Source: Barthelona sp. PCE (Eukaryota). Taken from it: a stretch of 64,000 nucleotides of DNA. The notes under the pieces are model-generated. The model was given only the letters and a program-made list of their open reading frames with translations. It ran no database searches and had not been told where the DNA came from. Positions 21,474-31,857 of this stretch are shown here, piece by piece. The stretch's first letter is position 1, and every line of letters starts with the position of its first letter. Position numbers and translations under genes: made by a program. The DNA lies in assembly GCA_040285745.1 (NCBI GenBank), contig JAUFOR010000003.1:806001-870000 (forward strand). Direction: 5' to 3'.

Positions 21474-22421
21474 ATGGATAGGGGAGCAATCATTGGTTAT
21501 ACAAGAGAACACCTATGTATTGGGAATGAAGAAGACGTAGCAACAGCAAGTAGAATTTGGCCGGTTTTTGTTCTTCAGAGATCCATTTTTGAACTATTTT
21601 CTGTGGAAGAATTGTTAGAAACCAGCTTTATTCACAACGTTTCAGGATTTTTTATTCGAATATATGCTGATAATAGATTCACTTTGCTGCAAATACAAAG
21701 GATCGCGTATGATCGAAATACTTCTTATATTGTGGGCAAAGGGCAACTTGAGAAGGTTACAAACATATTCATTGTGTGTAACAGTGTTTATATGAATGAT
21801 CCAACACCCATAAATGTACCACTTACTATTGTTAGTGATCGTGCACCGGACACACATGAGTTGGCATTCAACTGGAGCGAAATTGATCTCGAAAGTTTGA
21901 TTCAAAAGAGAAAAGATCTTATCGATAGAGTTTTACCAAAGTTGTCATCTCTTGACTTTAAATTCTCTCCCTACTGTTCATTATTTCAATATCTCCCAGG
22001 GTTGGATGCAGTCGATAACCATACTCGTGCTCAAGAATCATTTAAGAGCAATTTTTTAGAGAAAAAATCACCAAGAAAATCTGGTAGGCCAAGGAAACAT
22101 GTATCAAGAGAGCATGTAGTCCAATTGATCACTGAAGGGCACACTATTAAGGAGATTGCAGGTCTCTTGGATCCACCTGTAAGTAAGAAAACCTTGATCA
22201 ATCGTCTTGCTGAATATGATCTTTTGCAGTTAGCAGAAAGTAGCGATATAAGTATTGCTAAGAAGCGTACAACAAGCTCCCCACAGGTACCCACGCTTGA
22301 TATTCTAGCTAAAAACCAAAGCATTAACAGTAGTATGATGCTTGAATTGAATTCTTTTACTCAACCAGATCTTCAAAATGATGCTGTTTCTGACATCTCA
22401 CCCTTTGGCAGTTGGCAGTAG
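21474..22421 (+). CDS. Plus3-like domain, AT-hook and HTH protein
   Basis: VLQRS..FIHNVSGFFIRI..TNI..PLTIVSD (Plus3-like); KSGRPRK; GHTIKEIAGLL..VSKKTLINRL; an upstream ATG at 21363 is also possible. Confidence 0.6.
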   Translation: MDRGAIIGYTREHLCIGNEEDVATASRIWPVFVLQRSIFELFSVEELLETSFIHNVSGFFIRIYADNRFTLLQIQRIAYDRNTSYIVGKGQLEKVTNIFIVCNSVYMNDPTPINVPLTIVSDRAPDTHELAFNWSEIDLESLIQKRKDLIDRVLPKLSSLDFKFSPYCSLFQYLPGLDAVDNHTRAQESFKSNFLEKKSPRKSGRPRKHVSREHVVQLITEGHTIKEIAGLLDPPVSKKTLINRLAEYDLLQLAESSDISIAKKRTTSSPQVPTLDILAKNQSINSSMMLELNSFTQPDLQNDAVSDISPFGSWQ

Positions 22422-22512
22422 TCATGCATTTTTTATACTCCAGTGACGGTAATCCAATTTATCAACTTTCCAATTATTTACTAACTCAACAATTTTCCTT
22501 CTATCCCCTATC

Positions 22513-23355
22513 ATGCCTTGTCCTGTTCTATCCATGAGCCTCCAAAGAGAGTCTGAGGTGCCTTACAGCTACGATACGAAAGAAGAAGAGGATGTGTATG
22601 AAGAGCCAATAACCGAATTTTACAGACCGCGCTCCGATCAAATATCAGTGCCTCGTTACGATCTAGACATCGTGGGTCATCGTGTCAACTTTGATCCGGA
22701 TACCCAGCAGCTTATTACAAACAACAGGCTCTATCACAACGGTTATGCTTGGGTTATCAACATGGGAAAGACGAACTCACATTACTATCTCATGTTTGAA
22801 CGCCAGATTATGCGCCAAATGTCGCGCGCACCTTTTTCAGCCAAACTTCTTCGCAATCGCATGGAACGTGCAAAGTTGAATCGCGCCATACTAATGCAGA
22901 AGCGTAAGAAGCGCCTGTTACTACACATAAACCGCGTGAAGTTGCGTGTATTCCGCAAACGAGCTGAAGATAAGGAGATGCAACGTTTGATGCAGCGCAA
23001 TTACTCGTTGAAGCTTGCCAATGGCTCACACAACCGTAACATGATTTTGCATCGGATGAAGTTACGTCTCCAGTCCCATCTCCACATCGTTGAGCTCACC
23101 CGAAAGATGCACCGATTTGATGTTGAGCATGCACAAGCAAAGATAAATCGCATCACATCTACTTCGAAGGCCAACATTCCTGATCTTGTTGACGAGTCAA
23201 GGGCAATTGAATCTATCGTGAATGACATCGTTGTTGATGTTTCACAACGTCTAAAACGTCCTGACGTTGAAACTATCAAGGCTGCTGCTGGTATTGGATC
23301 ACCTGTCACCATGAAGCAGCGATCACTCAACAGTCCTATTCCTGGATTTTTCTGA
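22513..23355 (+). CDS. Hypothetical basic coiled-coil protein
   Basis: 280-aa ORF with Arg/Met-rich helical repeats. Confidence 0.65.
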   Translation: MPCPVLSMSLQRESEVPYSYDTKEEEDVYEEPITEFYRPRSDQISVPRYDLDIVGHRVNFDPDTQQLITNNRLYHNGYAWVINMGKTNSHYYLMFERQIMRQMSRAPFSAKLLRNRMERAKLNRAILMQKRKKRLLLHINRVKLRVFRKRAEDKEMQRLMQRNYSLKLANGSHNRNMILHRMKLRLQSHLHIVELTRKMHRFDVEHAQAKINRITSTSKANIPDLVDESRAIESIVNDIVVDVSQRLKRPDVETIKAAAGIGSPVTMKQRSLNSPIPGFF

Positions 23356-23393
23356 GCATCACAGCATATTTTCAAAAAAAATAAATATTAAAA

Positions 23394-24128
23394 TTACCTA
23401 ATTGTTTTTGAAAAGAAATTCATCTCTTTAGGTGTGTGTGGTGTTGAGGGGTGAGAATGAGATGAAGATGATTTGCGCTTCCTTTTACGCTTATCGAGAC
23501 GGTGACCTCTGACGGATTTCTTGCGCTGCGTTATAGCATTAACCTCAACCATGATGTCGCCACCGCACTTGGTTTGTAGGCCATAGAAACTCGTTGAACC
23601 CTGAAGTGTGTTTCCAAGCAAAAGAAGTGATTTGATTCGCTTCACCATACCTGTTCCACCCACTAATGCTCGCTGCCACTCCATATCTGGGATGAATGGG
23701 CGCCAGGTCCCAACAGTAACTGTGTCCATGGTACTACGGATGGGAAGAACAAGAGAACCATAACCCTCCACACGCATACGACGAAATATATCATAAGAAT
23801 ACACAACAAAACAAATATTCACGCTGAGCGTGGGTGCTAGAGGACCGATTACAGTAAAAGAAACAGGAAAACTAATGTTCCCAACCCCTTTTTTAGTTTT
23901 AACAGTTTGTGACACACCATTAAGTATGGTGGATTTATCTGTGCTGTAGCCCTCAGGGAGACCTATTTCGTATTCCACAAACAACCTTTTGCGATCAAAC
24001 TTCTTCAACTGTAGAATATTCAAACAATAGTGAATTCTTTGCAGTGTAGAACTAGGAGCGTTCTCAAAATGAACGCCCACGAGCTGCTTTCTCATAAAGA
24101 GTTCTTGTCGTCGCTCCGCGGAAAACAT
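23394..24128 (-). CDS. B9 domain ciliary transition zone protein (MKS1-like)
   Basis: LNGVSQT, VYSYDIFRRMRVEGYG, VGTWRP, LVGG. Confidence 0.78.
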   Translation of the reverse strand: MFSAERRQELFMRKQLVGVHFENAPSSTLQRIHYCLNILQLKKFDRKRLFVEYEIGLPEGYSTDKSTILNGVSQTVKTKKGVGNISFPVSFTVIGPLAPTLSVNICFVVYSYDIFRRMRVEGYGSLVLPIRSTMDTVTVGTWRPFIPDMEWQRALVGGTGMVKRIKSLLLLGNTLQGSTSFYGLQTKCGGDIMVEVNAITQRKKSVRGHRLDKRKRKRKSSSSHSHPSTPHTPKEMNFFSKTIR

Positions 24129-24238
24129 TGCGAAAAGAATAAAAAAACTAAAACATCATCGTTGAATATCAGGATGAAAAAGGGTGTTAATACCTCATTT
24201 TTATTGCATCATCAATAAATGTTGGACAAAAGGAGAGC

Positions 24239-25055
24239 TTACTGCTTGCCCTTCTTCTTGGTCATCTTTCTGGTGTAGAACTGTAATTCCTCACCCTCAA
24301 GGATGTAACCGTCGGCGTGACCGCATTGGCCAGGACGGGAAGAGATGCAAGCAAGGACACGGCCCTGAGAGAGCTGAGCAATGATAGCAGAATCAAGCTC
24401 AAGCTTAGAGCGACGCTCAGCCTGCTTCTTCTGAACGCTGTTGCTACGCTTGGTCTCAACATCGACAACCTTACCACGGTTGAAAGTGATACCGTATTGC
24501 TTCTCGAAGTACTGACGGAAGGGGTTAGCATCGATGGAAACAACAGCGTTCTTAACAAGGGTGTTAGTACGAACGAGTTCGTTGGAAGTAGCACAGTAGA
24601 CAACCTGAATAATACGGGTCTTGCGAGCACAGCTCTCAGAACCGAACGAGAAGTTACCGCTATCAAGACGGAGGGCTCTGAATTTAAGGTTACCACCGCG
24701 AGTACGGACAGTACGGATGAGAGGAGACTGATCCTTGCCAGTAATAAGCTTAGTCATGGCAGCAGCGCGTCCAAGGTTAAACTAGGTGTTAGGAGATGTT
24801 TAAGACCACTATAACTTTAGAATAATAACAGGATTTGCATAAAAAATGAAATATTTATGTACGAATGTATATGCATTAAGCAAACGCTTGCAGATGATCC
24901 CCGTCACAACATTAGCATCTATTTGGTGTCAAAACTGTATATACTGAAAGCTTGTGTGGTGAAAAATTTTTTCATACCTTACGCTTGTTTCTCCAGGCAC
25001 GACGACGTCCACCGGAAGGCTTACGCTTGTGTTCAGAATCACGAGAGATCGACAT
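24239..25055 (-). CDS. RPS8: 40S ribosomal protein S8 (exons 25055-24978, 24781-24239)
   Basis: Spliced N-terminus MSISRDSEHKRKPSGG...KRK|FNLGR; RTRGGNLKFRALRLD; SRPGQCG.ADGYILEG. Confidence 0.96.
24782..24977 (-). other. Spliceosomal intron, 196 nt, in RPS8
   Basis: AAG|GTATGA...CTAACACCTAG|; splicing restores the conserved RPS8 N-terminus. Confidence 0.93.
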
Positions 25056-25372
25056 AAGTTGATAAAATGGAAGAAAACAGTAAAGGAAGTTTCTCTCTTC
25101 TGTGAACAGTTAAAAGTCAAATTTACTCTACTTTGCTCTTTAAATCACGAGCTTAGTCATCGTTCAACGATAAAATAAACCATATACACATTTATTGTTA
25201 AGAAAAATTCTTTCTCTTTGTTGAAGAGTGAAAGCCATACTATATGTGTTGATTTTTTCACATATGATGCCAAGATGATCTGTTTATATGTGAATATCAA
25301 TGCTTAAACCCTTTGAAAAAGCTTCGAAAACTGTTTGTAAAAATGAAATAACTATTTACTAGAAAAGATCCG

Positions 25373-26776
25373 TTAAATATCAAAGTTGACCTCCATAGAC
25401 ACACCATTGTTGGTGGAAGTGTGAGTGTGAGTGGTGGTACCACTAAAAGTCACATCCATACCACCCATAGCTCCAGCCATAGCTCCAGCCATACCAGCTG
25501 TCATAGCGGCGGCGGCAGCAGCAGCGGCAGCAGCCTCAGCAGCAGCGTTGTTTGCATGAACCATCTCAGCGTTATTAGTGTTAACGGAAACTTCCATATT
25601 AACATTAGGTGTGACGGCAACAGCAGCGCCCATGGCCATAGCGGCGGCACCCATCATAGAGTTGAGGGAATCAGCAAGATCAGCGGTGAGATCGGCACCA
25701 GCAGTACAGGTAGGAAGAGGGTTGAGCATGTTAGCAGCAACGGGTTGGATCGTACCCCAAGTCTGAGGGACCTGGCCGTAAATGGTTGTGGGAAGCTTGA
25801 TGTGAACATCGGTAGACCAAGGAACGTTGGACTTGATGTGAACATAATAAGAAGCACGCATGCATGTACCGTCAGAAGAGGGCTCGATTGTCTCAGGGAG
25901 ATGAAGGACGATTGGCTTCTGAACAGTGGCACCTTGTACAGCACCATCAAATTGAGAAGTGGCAACAACCTCGGTGATATCGATGCGCTTACCCTCGTTG
26001 GAGGAGAGGCGTACGTTCTTGACGAGAGAGATCTGGCAAGAAGGAATATCAACCGTAGAGGTATTGTTGATCTCAACAAAGACACGAACATCATCGCCAG
26101 GAGTGAACATATTCTTCTCAAACCAAGCCTTCATGTTGACAATACCCTTAGGCACACAGCAGCAAAGACGAATGTTACGTTCAGCAGATTCTTGAGCAGG
26201 AACGACAAACTCACGAATACGCTGATGTACAATAAGACGCTGAACAGAGTTGATCTGGTGATCAAAGAAGAGAGAAGGAATTTGGATTGTGGCCTTCAAC
26301 TCGTAAGCAACGTTACCAGAAGCGGGACGACCAAAGTGTGTTCCAGACCAAGAGTGGGAACTAGGAATATTCTCAGGAAGCTGATAGGAGAATGGGAAAG
26401 CGTAGTATTGAGGGCTGGGAGGCAAGTTAGACGACAAAGGGAATGAATAAAGCACTAAATCGTCTTCACGAAGAATGTGATCACCAGTGTGAACAATAGT
26501 CTTGGTAATGTGCTTGTCACCTTCCCAATGAGTGGTTTCTTCCTCAAAGCGAGCAGTTTCAAAGGCTCTAATGTTTAACACAATAGAGGTTAACTGCAAG
26601 CCGTTAGGAGCAAGAAGGTAGATTGTACCTGTGACTCTGTCGCCAGAAAGATAGGCAGCCTGATCAGTACGAATAAAGATTTGAGCAGAACGATAAGCCT
26701 TAAAGTTAGTTGTTATAAAAGCCCAAAATGAGGATTTGCCAATGTATATATGGCAGATCAATATCTAACATACCAT
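25373..26776 (-). CDS. Arrestin-domain protein (exon 1 is the ATG only, 26776-26774; exon 2 is 26698-25373)
   Basis: YLSGDRVTGTI, FPFSYQLPENIPSS, FTPGDDVRVFVEINN, HIKLPTTI; Ala/Met-rich tail. Confidence 0.87.
26699..26773 (-). other. Spliceosomal intron, 75 nt, immediately after the start codon
   Basis: ATG|GTATGT...ACTAACTTTAAG|GCT; supplies the otherwise missing ATG in frame. Confidence 0.85.
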
Positions 26777-27059
26777 AGAATGTAACTAAAAGTATGTAAC
26801 TTTGGAAAAGGGTAGGAAAAAACTCAACAAACAAAACATGTCCAATCGCCCGATCCCGTTTTCAGAAAGGCTTTGTATCTACACACATTCACAAACAAAT
26901 ACATTAAATATATAACATGTAAAGACAAACTGATTAATCCAGAATATTCTAATTCTTTTTACTATGCACAATAAAATTACCATTTTTGCAGGTAAAATGA
27001 TACTAATAATATCTTTCAGGTGACCATATTCCACAAAAATTGTAAACAAAACAAAATTC

Positions 27060-29300
27060 CTAGAAAATGAGTTCTTCCAGGTTTTTATCCATAAATGTAT
27101 TGATTTCTTTTGCTCTAGGTCTTCCAACTATCCCCTCTAGAGCATTTTTCGACATTCTAGAAAAGTCAAATAAACTATACTGACCACTGGTTCGTATAAG
27201 TTCACCTATGTCTAATTTTGAAAACCCTGGCAGTAAAGACACAATATCTTGAGCGAGAGACGATGGAGACCGTACACTATCTCTATCTGATGTGTTAGAT
27301 TGCGCGTTTGGCAAATGTTCTTTAATGAACTTAAAAGTTAATGCAGAAGCATGTGGTGTAAGACCCCAACACACTCGTAATTGTGGGACCGACAATAACG
27401 TACGCACAAGGTGGACTTTGAGATGTTGCGGGAATAGCACAGACCAGGAGTTAATTCCTACTAGACCTTCACTTCCCATCTCTATCAATAATATTGGAAG
27501 ATCATACTTCTTTGCCAAACGCACGCACTGTTTGTGGAGGCGGCCACTGTCGATAGATTGGACTAAATCGACAATTGCCTTTCTTTCAACACCAACCGTA
27601 TCTGATACAATGTAATCAGCTGTGAATAGCGTTTGTATGTTAATATCAAAGCCAGCTTTTAATAATTCTAGTGGAAAACTGGCTCTCAATTCGCGAGAAT
27701 CAACAATAACGGTGTGCTGAACGTTTGTTGGTCCTAAATATGGAACAACCCTATTTCTTACGTTTAATCGAATTTTTTTGTTTTTTGCAAACCAATCTCT
27801 CTCTGCCTTCAAAAGATTGCGCTCTAAGTTGGTTTCTGCAGGTTTAACCTCATACTTCTCTAAAAGTAAAGTTTTCTTAGTTCCTTGCAAAAAAATTTCT
27901 AAAACACGAACAGCCTTCAGTGATGAGTGCATTAAAAACACACGATCTGGGTCAATGAGCTTGATCAGATCAACTGACATATCTTCTTCAGCGACAAATA
28001 AACAGAAACGCTCCATTTCAACTAACTTTGTCTCTTGAGCTCTGAATTTTCCCCTATTTGCACGTGGTGGAAGTGAAGACACCTGTGTGGGGATGAGGGC
28101 AGCGATTTGACGAGGTAAAATACGACGGAGCTCTCCTAACGCTTCGACAATAGAAATTATATCGAGATTTTGTTCCCATTGTTGATATGATTCAATGCAA
28201 TCCTTACGTCCAATGACAACAATGACGTCGTTTGACCCAGCAACGATACCACTTAGAGCATTCTTCAACAGTTGAAATTTTGGATTAACGACTGGGTTAA
28301 GCTCCTTTGCAGAGAAAACAAGCTCAACAACACCTTTCAGTATTGAAGCAGCGTGTGGTTGAGATATCCACGCAGATTTCTGCGATCGGTGCGCCCTGGC
28401 GTCTTTGAGCAGCCATCTAACAACCATAGTCAGAATAAAACACGATGAGCAATCATATAAACTAAGAAGCAGAATACGAAGTTGGGTAAATGATTTAACA
28501 TATGGACTCGGTAAATTGCTTGCGATTTTGCGCACTGAAGCAAAAGAAAGAAGCTTTTCCGGTGATAGACCTGTGTAAGTCAAATTATTCGTTAAAGTAG
28601 GCACCAGTTCAAATGATTGTTGTCTAAGAGCAGCACATGCCTTAAAAATCAGAGCACGTATCTTACATGCACGGCGGTGAAGTGATAGCTCTCGCTTAAG
28701 TACCATTAAATCGTTTGACAACCAATCTTTTGAGAGTTCAGGAAGTTGTCTGGGAATAACACATATTTCATCGATACAAAACGCTTTTCCAAAGTCTTTG
28801 AGTGAATGAAGTGCATGGAACTGATTGGAAAAAGCAAGAACTCGAATAGGACGCTGTTGAGCACATAAGTTTAGTGCAAATGCAAGACTATAGTCTGATA
28901 GCAGCTGTTCAGCATTCATTATGAAGAAAACAGGAATCTTTCCATTTGGAAGAGCGTTTTGGTGAACATCATTTGCAAGCATCCATCCAGAAATTTGTAA
29001 TAATGCTGGTGCTGAACTCTTGTACTCCTTTGCTCTCGCTTTGGGAGGTGTTCCTGCGAGATTCTTTAGGCTAAACCCCTTGCCAAAGCGTCTTTCGATA
29101 TAATACTGACTTTCGTATTTGCTTGTGAACCCACATGCGAAATACGGTCCAAAATCGGTCATAGTGTCGGAAGTGAAGTATCGAACAGCCGCTTCAAGTA
29201 ACGTCAGGTACTCAAGTTCGTAAGGAAATACATAAAAAACGCTTGAAGTGGAAGCCTTCACGAGTAGCTGTTCAAGGAATGAAAGTTCGTGTTGTGGCAT
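27060..29300 (-). CDS. XPF: DNA repair endonuclease XPF/ERCC4
   Basis: VIVDSRE, DYIVS..VERKAIVDL, ILLIE, C-terminal HhH, degenerate N-terminal helicase-like region. Confidence 0.88.
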   Translation of the reverse strand: MPQHELSFLEQLLVKASTSSVFYVFPYELEYLTLLEAAVRYFTSDTMTDFGPYFACGFTSKYESQYYIERRFGKGFSLKNLAGTPPKARAKEYKSSAPALLQISGWMLANDVHQNALPNGKIPVFFIMNAEQLLSDYSLAFALNLCAQQRPIRVLAFSNQFHALHSLKDFGKAFCIDEICVIPRQLPELSKDWLSNDLMVLKRELSLHRRACKIRALIFKACAALRQQSFELVPTLTNNLTYTGLSPEKLLSFASVRKIASNLPSPYVKSFTQLRILLLSLYDCSSCFILTMVVRWLLKDARAHRSQKSAWISQPHAASILKGVVELVFSAKELNPVVNPKFQLLKNALSGIVAGSNDVIVVIGRKDCIESYQQWEQNLDIISIVEALGELRRILPRQIAALIPTQVSSLPPRANRGKFRAQETKLVEMERFCLFVAEEDMSVDLIKLIDPDRVFLMHSSLKAVRVLEIFLQGTKKTLLLEKYEVKPAETNLERNLLKAERDWFAKNKKIRLNVRNRVVPYLGPTNVQHTVIVDSRELRASFPLELLKAGFDINIQTLFTADYIVSDTVGVERKAIVDLVQSIDSGRLHKQCVRLAKKYDLPILLIEMGSEGLVGINSWSVLFPQHLKVHLVRTLLSVPQLRVCWGLTPHASALTFKFIKEHLPNAQSNTSDRDSVRSPSSLAQDIVSLLPGFSKLDIGELIRTSGQYSLFDFSRMSKNALEGIVGRPRAKEINTFMDKNLEELIF

Positions 29301-29389
29301 CTTATCCCCGGTGCATCAAACAAATAACAATCAACAACAAAAAGAATGGAAAATGATGAGAGTTGGAAATGGTTCTTCGTTTACTGACT

Positions 29390-30290
29390 AAGCCACGACC
29401 GGAGGTGGGGGCCGCCGGGACGCCGGACCGGGCACCAACCGCACCAACGTCGCACAGAAGAGACAGGATCAGACCTGCACAAAACAAAAAAAATGATGCG
29501 GGTTTACATGCTGGATCGCGGCCTTGGGGCCGTGCGGCTCGGACAGCGGCTACGCTTGGTTGGGTTCAGAGCTATTACTCCTCCTCCTCAACGTCCTCCT
29601 CGTCAACGTTGGAGAACTTACGGACAGCCTGAGTACCTTCGGTAACGGCGTGACGGGCAAGATATGAGGGGAAGACGAGACGAACGGCGGTCTGGATTTC
29701 TCTGGAACCGAGAGTGGCACGCTTGTTCATCTTACAAAGGTTGGAGGCTTCCTCGGCGATACGCTCGAAGATATCATCAATGAGAGAGTTGATGATGGTC
29801 ATAGACTTAGTGGAGATAGCAAGCTTATCGTTGGTAGCCTTGAGGATACGGTAGACGAAACGATCCCAAACTTCCTTACGGGCCTTATGACGCTTGGTGG
29901 TGGCCTTGGCTTCAGAACCGGTGGTGGAGGCCTTGGCCTTGGCAGGCATCTTGGTGGACTTGGCTAAACGCTTCTTGGACTTGGCGGGCATTGTGAGTGA
30001 GTAGTAAAATAATGAGGTCGAATGAAATCCGGCAATAGGTGGGGTTTCTACGTTGACTTTGGCATCCAGCAAGGCTTTTATATTTCGCCCGCGCGGGATG
30101 CGTTGGGTCTGGGGCGGGGTGATGCAGCCGGATCACGGGGGCAAGGGACTGGGGGTGTGAAACAAATGTGCGATGTTGCATTCGCACATTCGGCTCGCCC
30201 CCGGCTGCTTCTCCCGTCGTGTCTCGGTGATGAGCTGGGCTCGCCGGCGGGGGCGGGCTCAGGGCGCCGCGGGCGTGTCCTGCGCTCTGC
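29390..30290 (-). repeat. GC-rich H2B cassette, copy 2 (inverted)
   Basis: Reverse-complement match to 19070-19975. Confidence 0.95.
29575..29991 (-). CDS. H2B: Histone H2B with acidic C-terminal tail, copy 2
   Basis: Translation identical to 19374-19790. Confidence 0.95.
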   Translation of the reverse strand: MPAKSKKRLAKSTKMPAKAKASTTGSEAKATTKRHKARKEVWDRFVYRILKATNDKLAISTKSMTIINSLIDDIFERIAEEASNLCKMNKRATLGSREIQTAVRLVFPSYLARHAVTEGTQAVRKFSNVDEEDVEEEE

Positions 30291-30545
30291 ATTGTAGATC
30301 ATACAACGTCTTAATCTGCTTATTTGCAGCGTGTTTGATATATTCACACCGTGCAGTCAAATTTTACATATTTTTAAAGGAAAGAAACAATTATCTAAAA
30401 TCTTTTCCAATATACTTAATAGATACTCAACAACCAATTGTTTGACCAGATTTACAAGCTAAGTTCGACACATACGGTCATGACCGATGCTATACATGAA
30501 AAATTAGATCAAAAAACACATTTGCTATTGCACACCACCTATATC

Positions 30546-30848
30546 TTATTGTACATTGCTTGAAAGAAACTCCTGTACCCAATTCTTGATGTGTGAGGGA
30601 CTATATGCCTCATACATCCGATCTCCTCTGTATGAAAGAACACCAATAGAATACAAAGAATCAATGTAATCATTCATTTCCGAACTAGTGTAAGATATCT
30701 TACGATTCTTTGTTTTTGAGGCCAGTTTTGTCTCGAAAAGTGTCAAGAGAGATCCCACCAAGTCGGAAACAGATTCAAATTCTGAAAATGTCTTACTGGC
30801 TTCATCTTCAGTAATTTGAATAAGCAAAATGAGGTGATCCGTGTTCAT
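30546..30848 (-). CDS. ERH: Enhancer of rudimentary homolog
   Basis: HLILLIQ..SKTFSEFESV..ISYT..YIDSL..YEAY..IKN. Confidence 0.85.
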   Translation of the reverse strand: MNTDHLILLIQITEDEASKTFSEFESVSDLVGSLLTLFETKLASKTKNRKISYTSSEMNDYIDSLYSIGVLSYRGDRMYEAYSPSHIKNWVQEFLSSNVQ

Positions 30849-30992
30849 TGCAATTTAAATTCGATAAAAAGAATGTGAAAGAGAAGCTTTTTTCAGAAAC
30901 AACATTTATCGAAAACAATCATCACGGTGAATGTCAAGCACCTGAAAGGTCACATCCACCATCTCAATAAATATGTATTTACAAACCAGTGG

Positions 30993-31448
30993 TTAAATCT
31001 GAGAAGGTCCGGGGGTAGTAGCGGCCTTGACACTTTGTTTGGCCATATATGAGGTGGCCTTTGCAGCGACAGCACTACTATCGATCGTCATCTCGGTGTC
31101 GGGCGTCTGCTTGGAGAAGAAGATGTGGAATAGACCAATGAAGACCTGAACCAAAAAGAATACCCATCCAGTGCCACCAAGAATGGCTGCGAGTGTTCCT
31201 ACCAAAATACAGAACAGTCCCTTGAGCGTGTGGTGATACAAGAACAAAAAGTACTGACGTAAGACCTTGACCTTAAGCTCACTACCGAGTTGAAGCACTC
31301 CAAAGAGCGCTAAGTAAACGCAAATCGCTACTCCCGTTGGGCTAAGCGTAACTATACTGCCAAGAACGGAGAAGAGACCATAAAAGATGTTTAAGATGGC
31401 GGAAATAATGGAAATAAATGCTACAGTTCTAGGACTTGGTGTTTTCAT
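30993..31448 (-). CDS. COPI-associated/Tvp15-like membrane protein
   Basis: Four hydrophobic segments; YFLFLY...KGLFCILVG. Confidence 0.65.
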   Translation of the reverse strand: MKTPSPRTVAFISIISAILNIFYGLFSVLGSIVTLSPTGVAICVYLALFGVLQLGSELKVKVLRQYFLFLYHHTLKGLFCILVGTLAAILGGTGWVFFLVQVFIGLFHIFFSKQTPDTEMTIDSSAVAAKATSYMAKQSVKAATTPGPSQI

Positions 31449-31857
31449 TATTAAATATGCTTATAGATGACAATATACTAGAAAATAAGTCTAACAGTAA
31501 TAAATAAGAGACTTGAAATGGGTAAACTACAAGAATTCAAACATTCAAGTTGCACATTCATTAATTCTAAAATATAACTTCGTGAATCACCCCAATTCAC
31601 CCATTAAACATCTCCTTTACTGGTAAAAACTTCCCAAATGCGTTCGCATTTACCTTTTGCAATATTCATGAACTCTTTTGTTTTTCTTTTGCATCTGGAT
31701 AAATTGATTCCTTATATTGCGTTATGACCATTTTCAGCAAAAAAAGAGCAAAACTTTGTAAGTGAGCCCTTTTGGTATCAGTTGTAAATCATACGTAAGT
31801 CTATAAGCAATGAATTCATGACCTAAAAACTTTTCATCTTGTTTATTAACACGTGTA

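Noticed and set aside
25421-26446. Long antisense ORFs (also 54672-55298, 59287-59970, 33062-33891)
   Set aside because: Shadows of codon-biased or low-complexity genes on the opposite strand.
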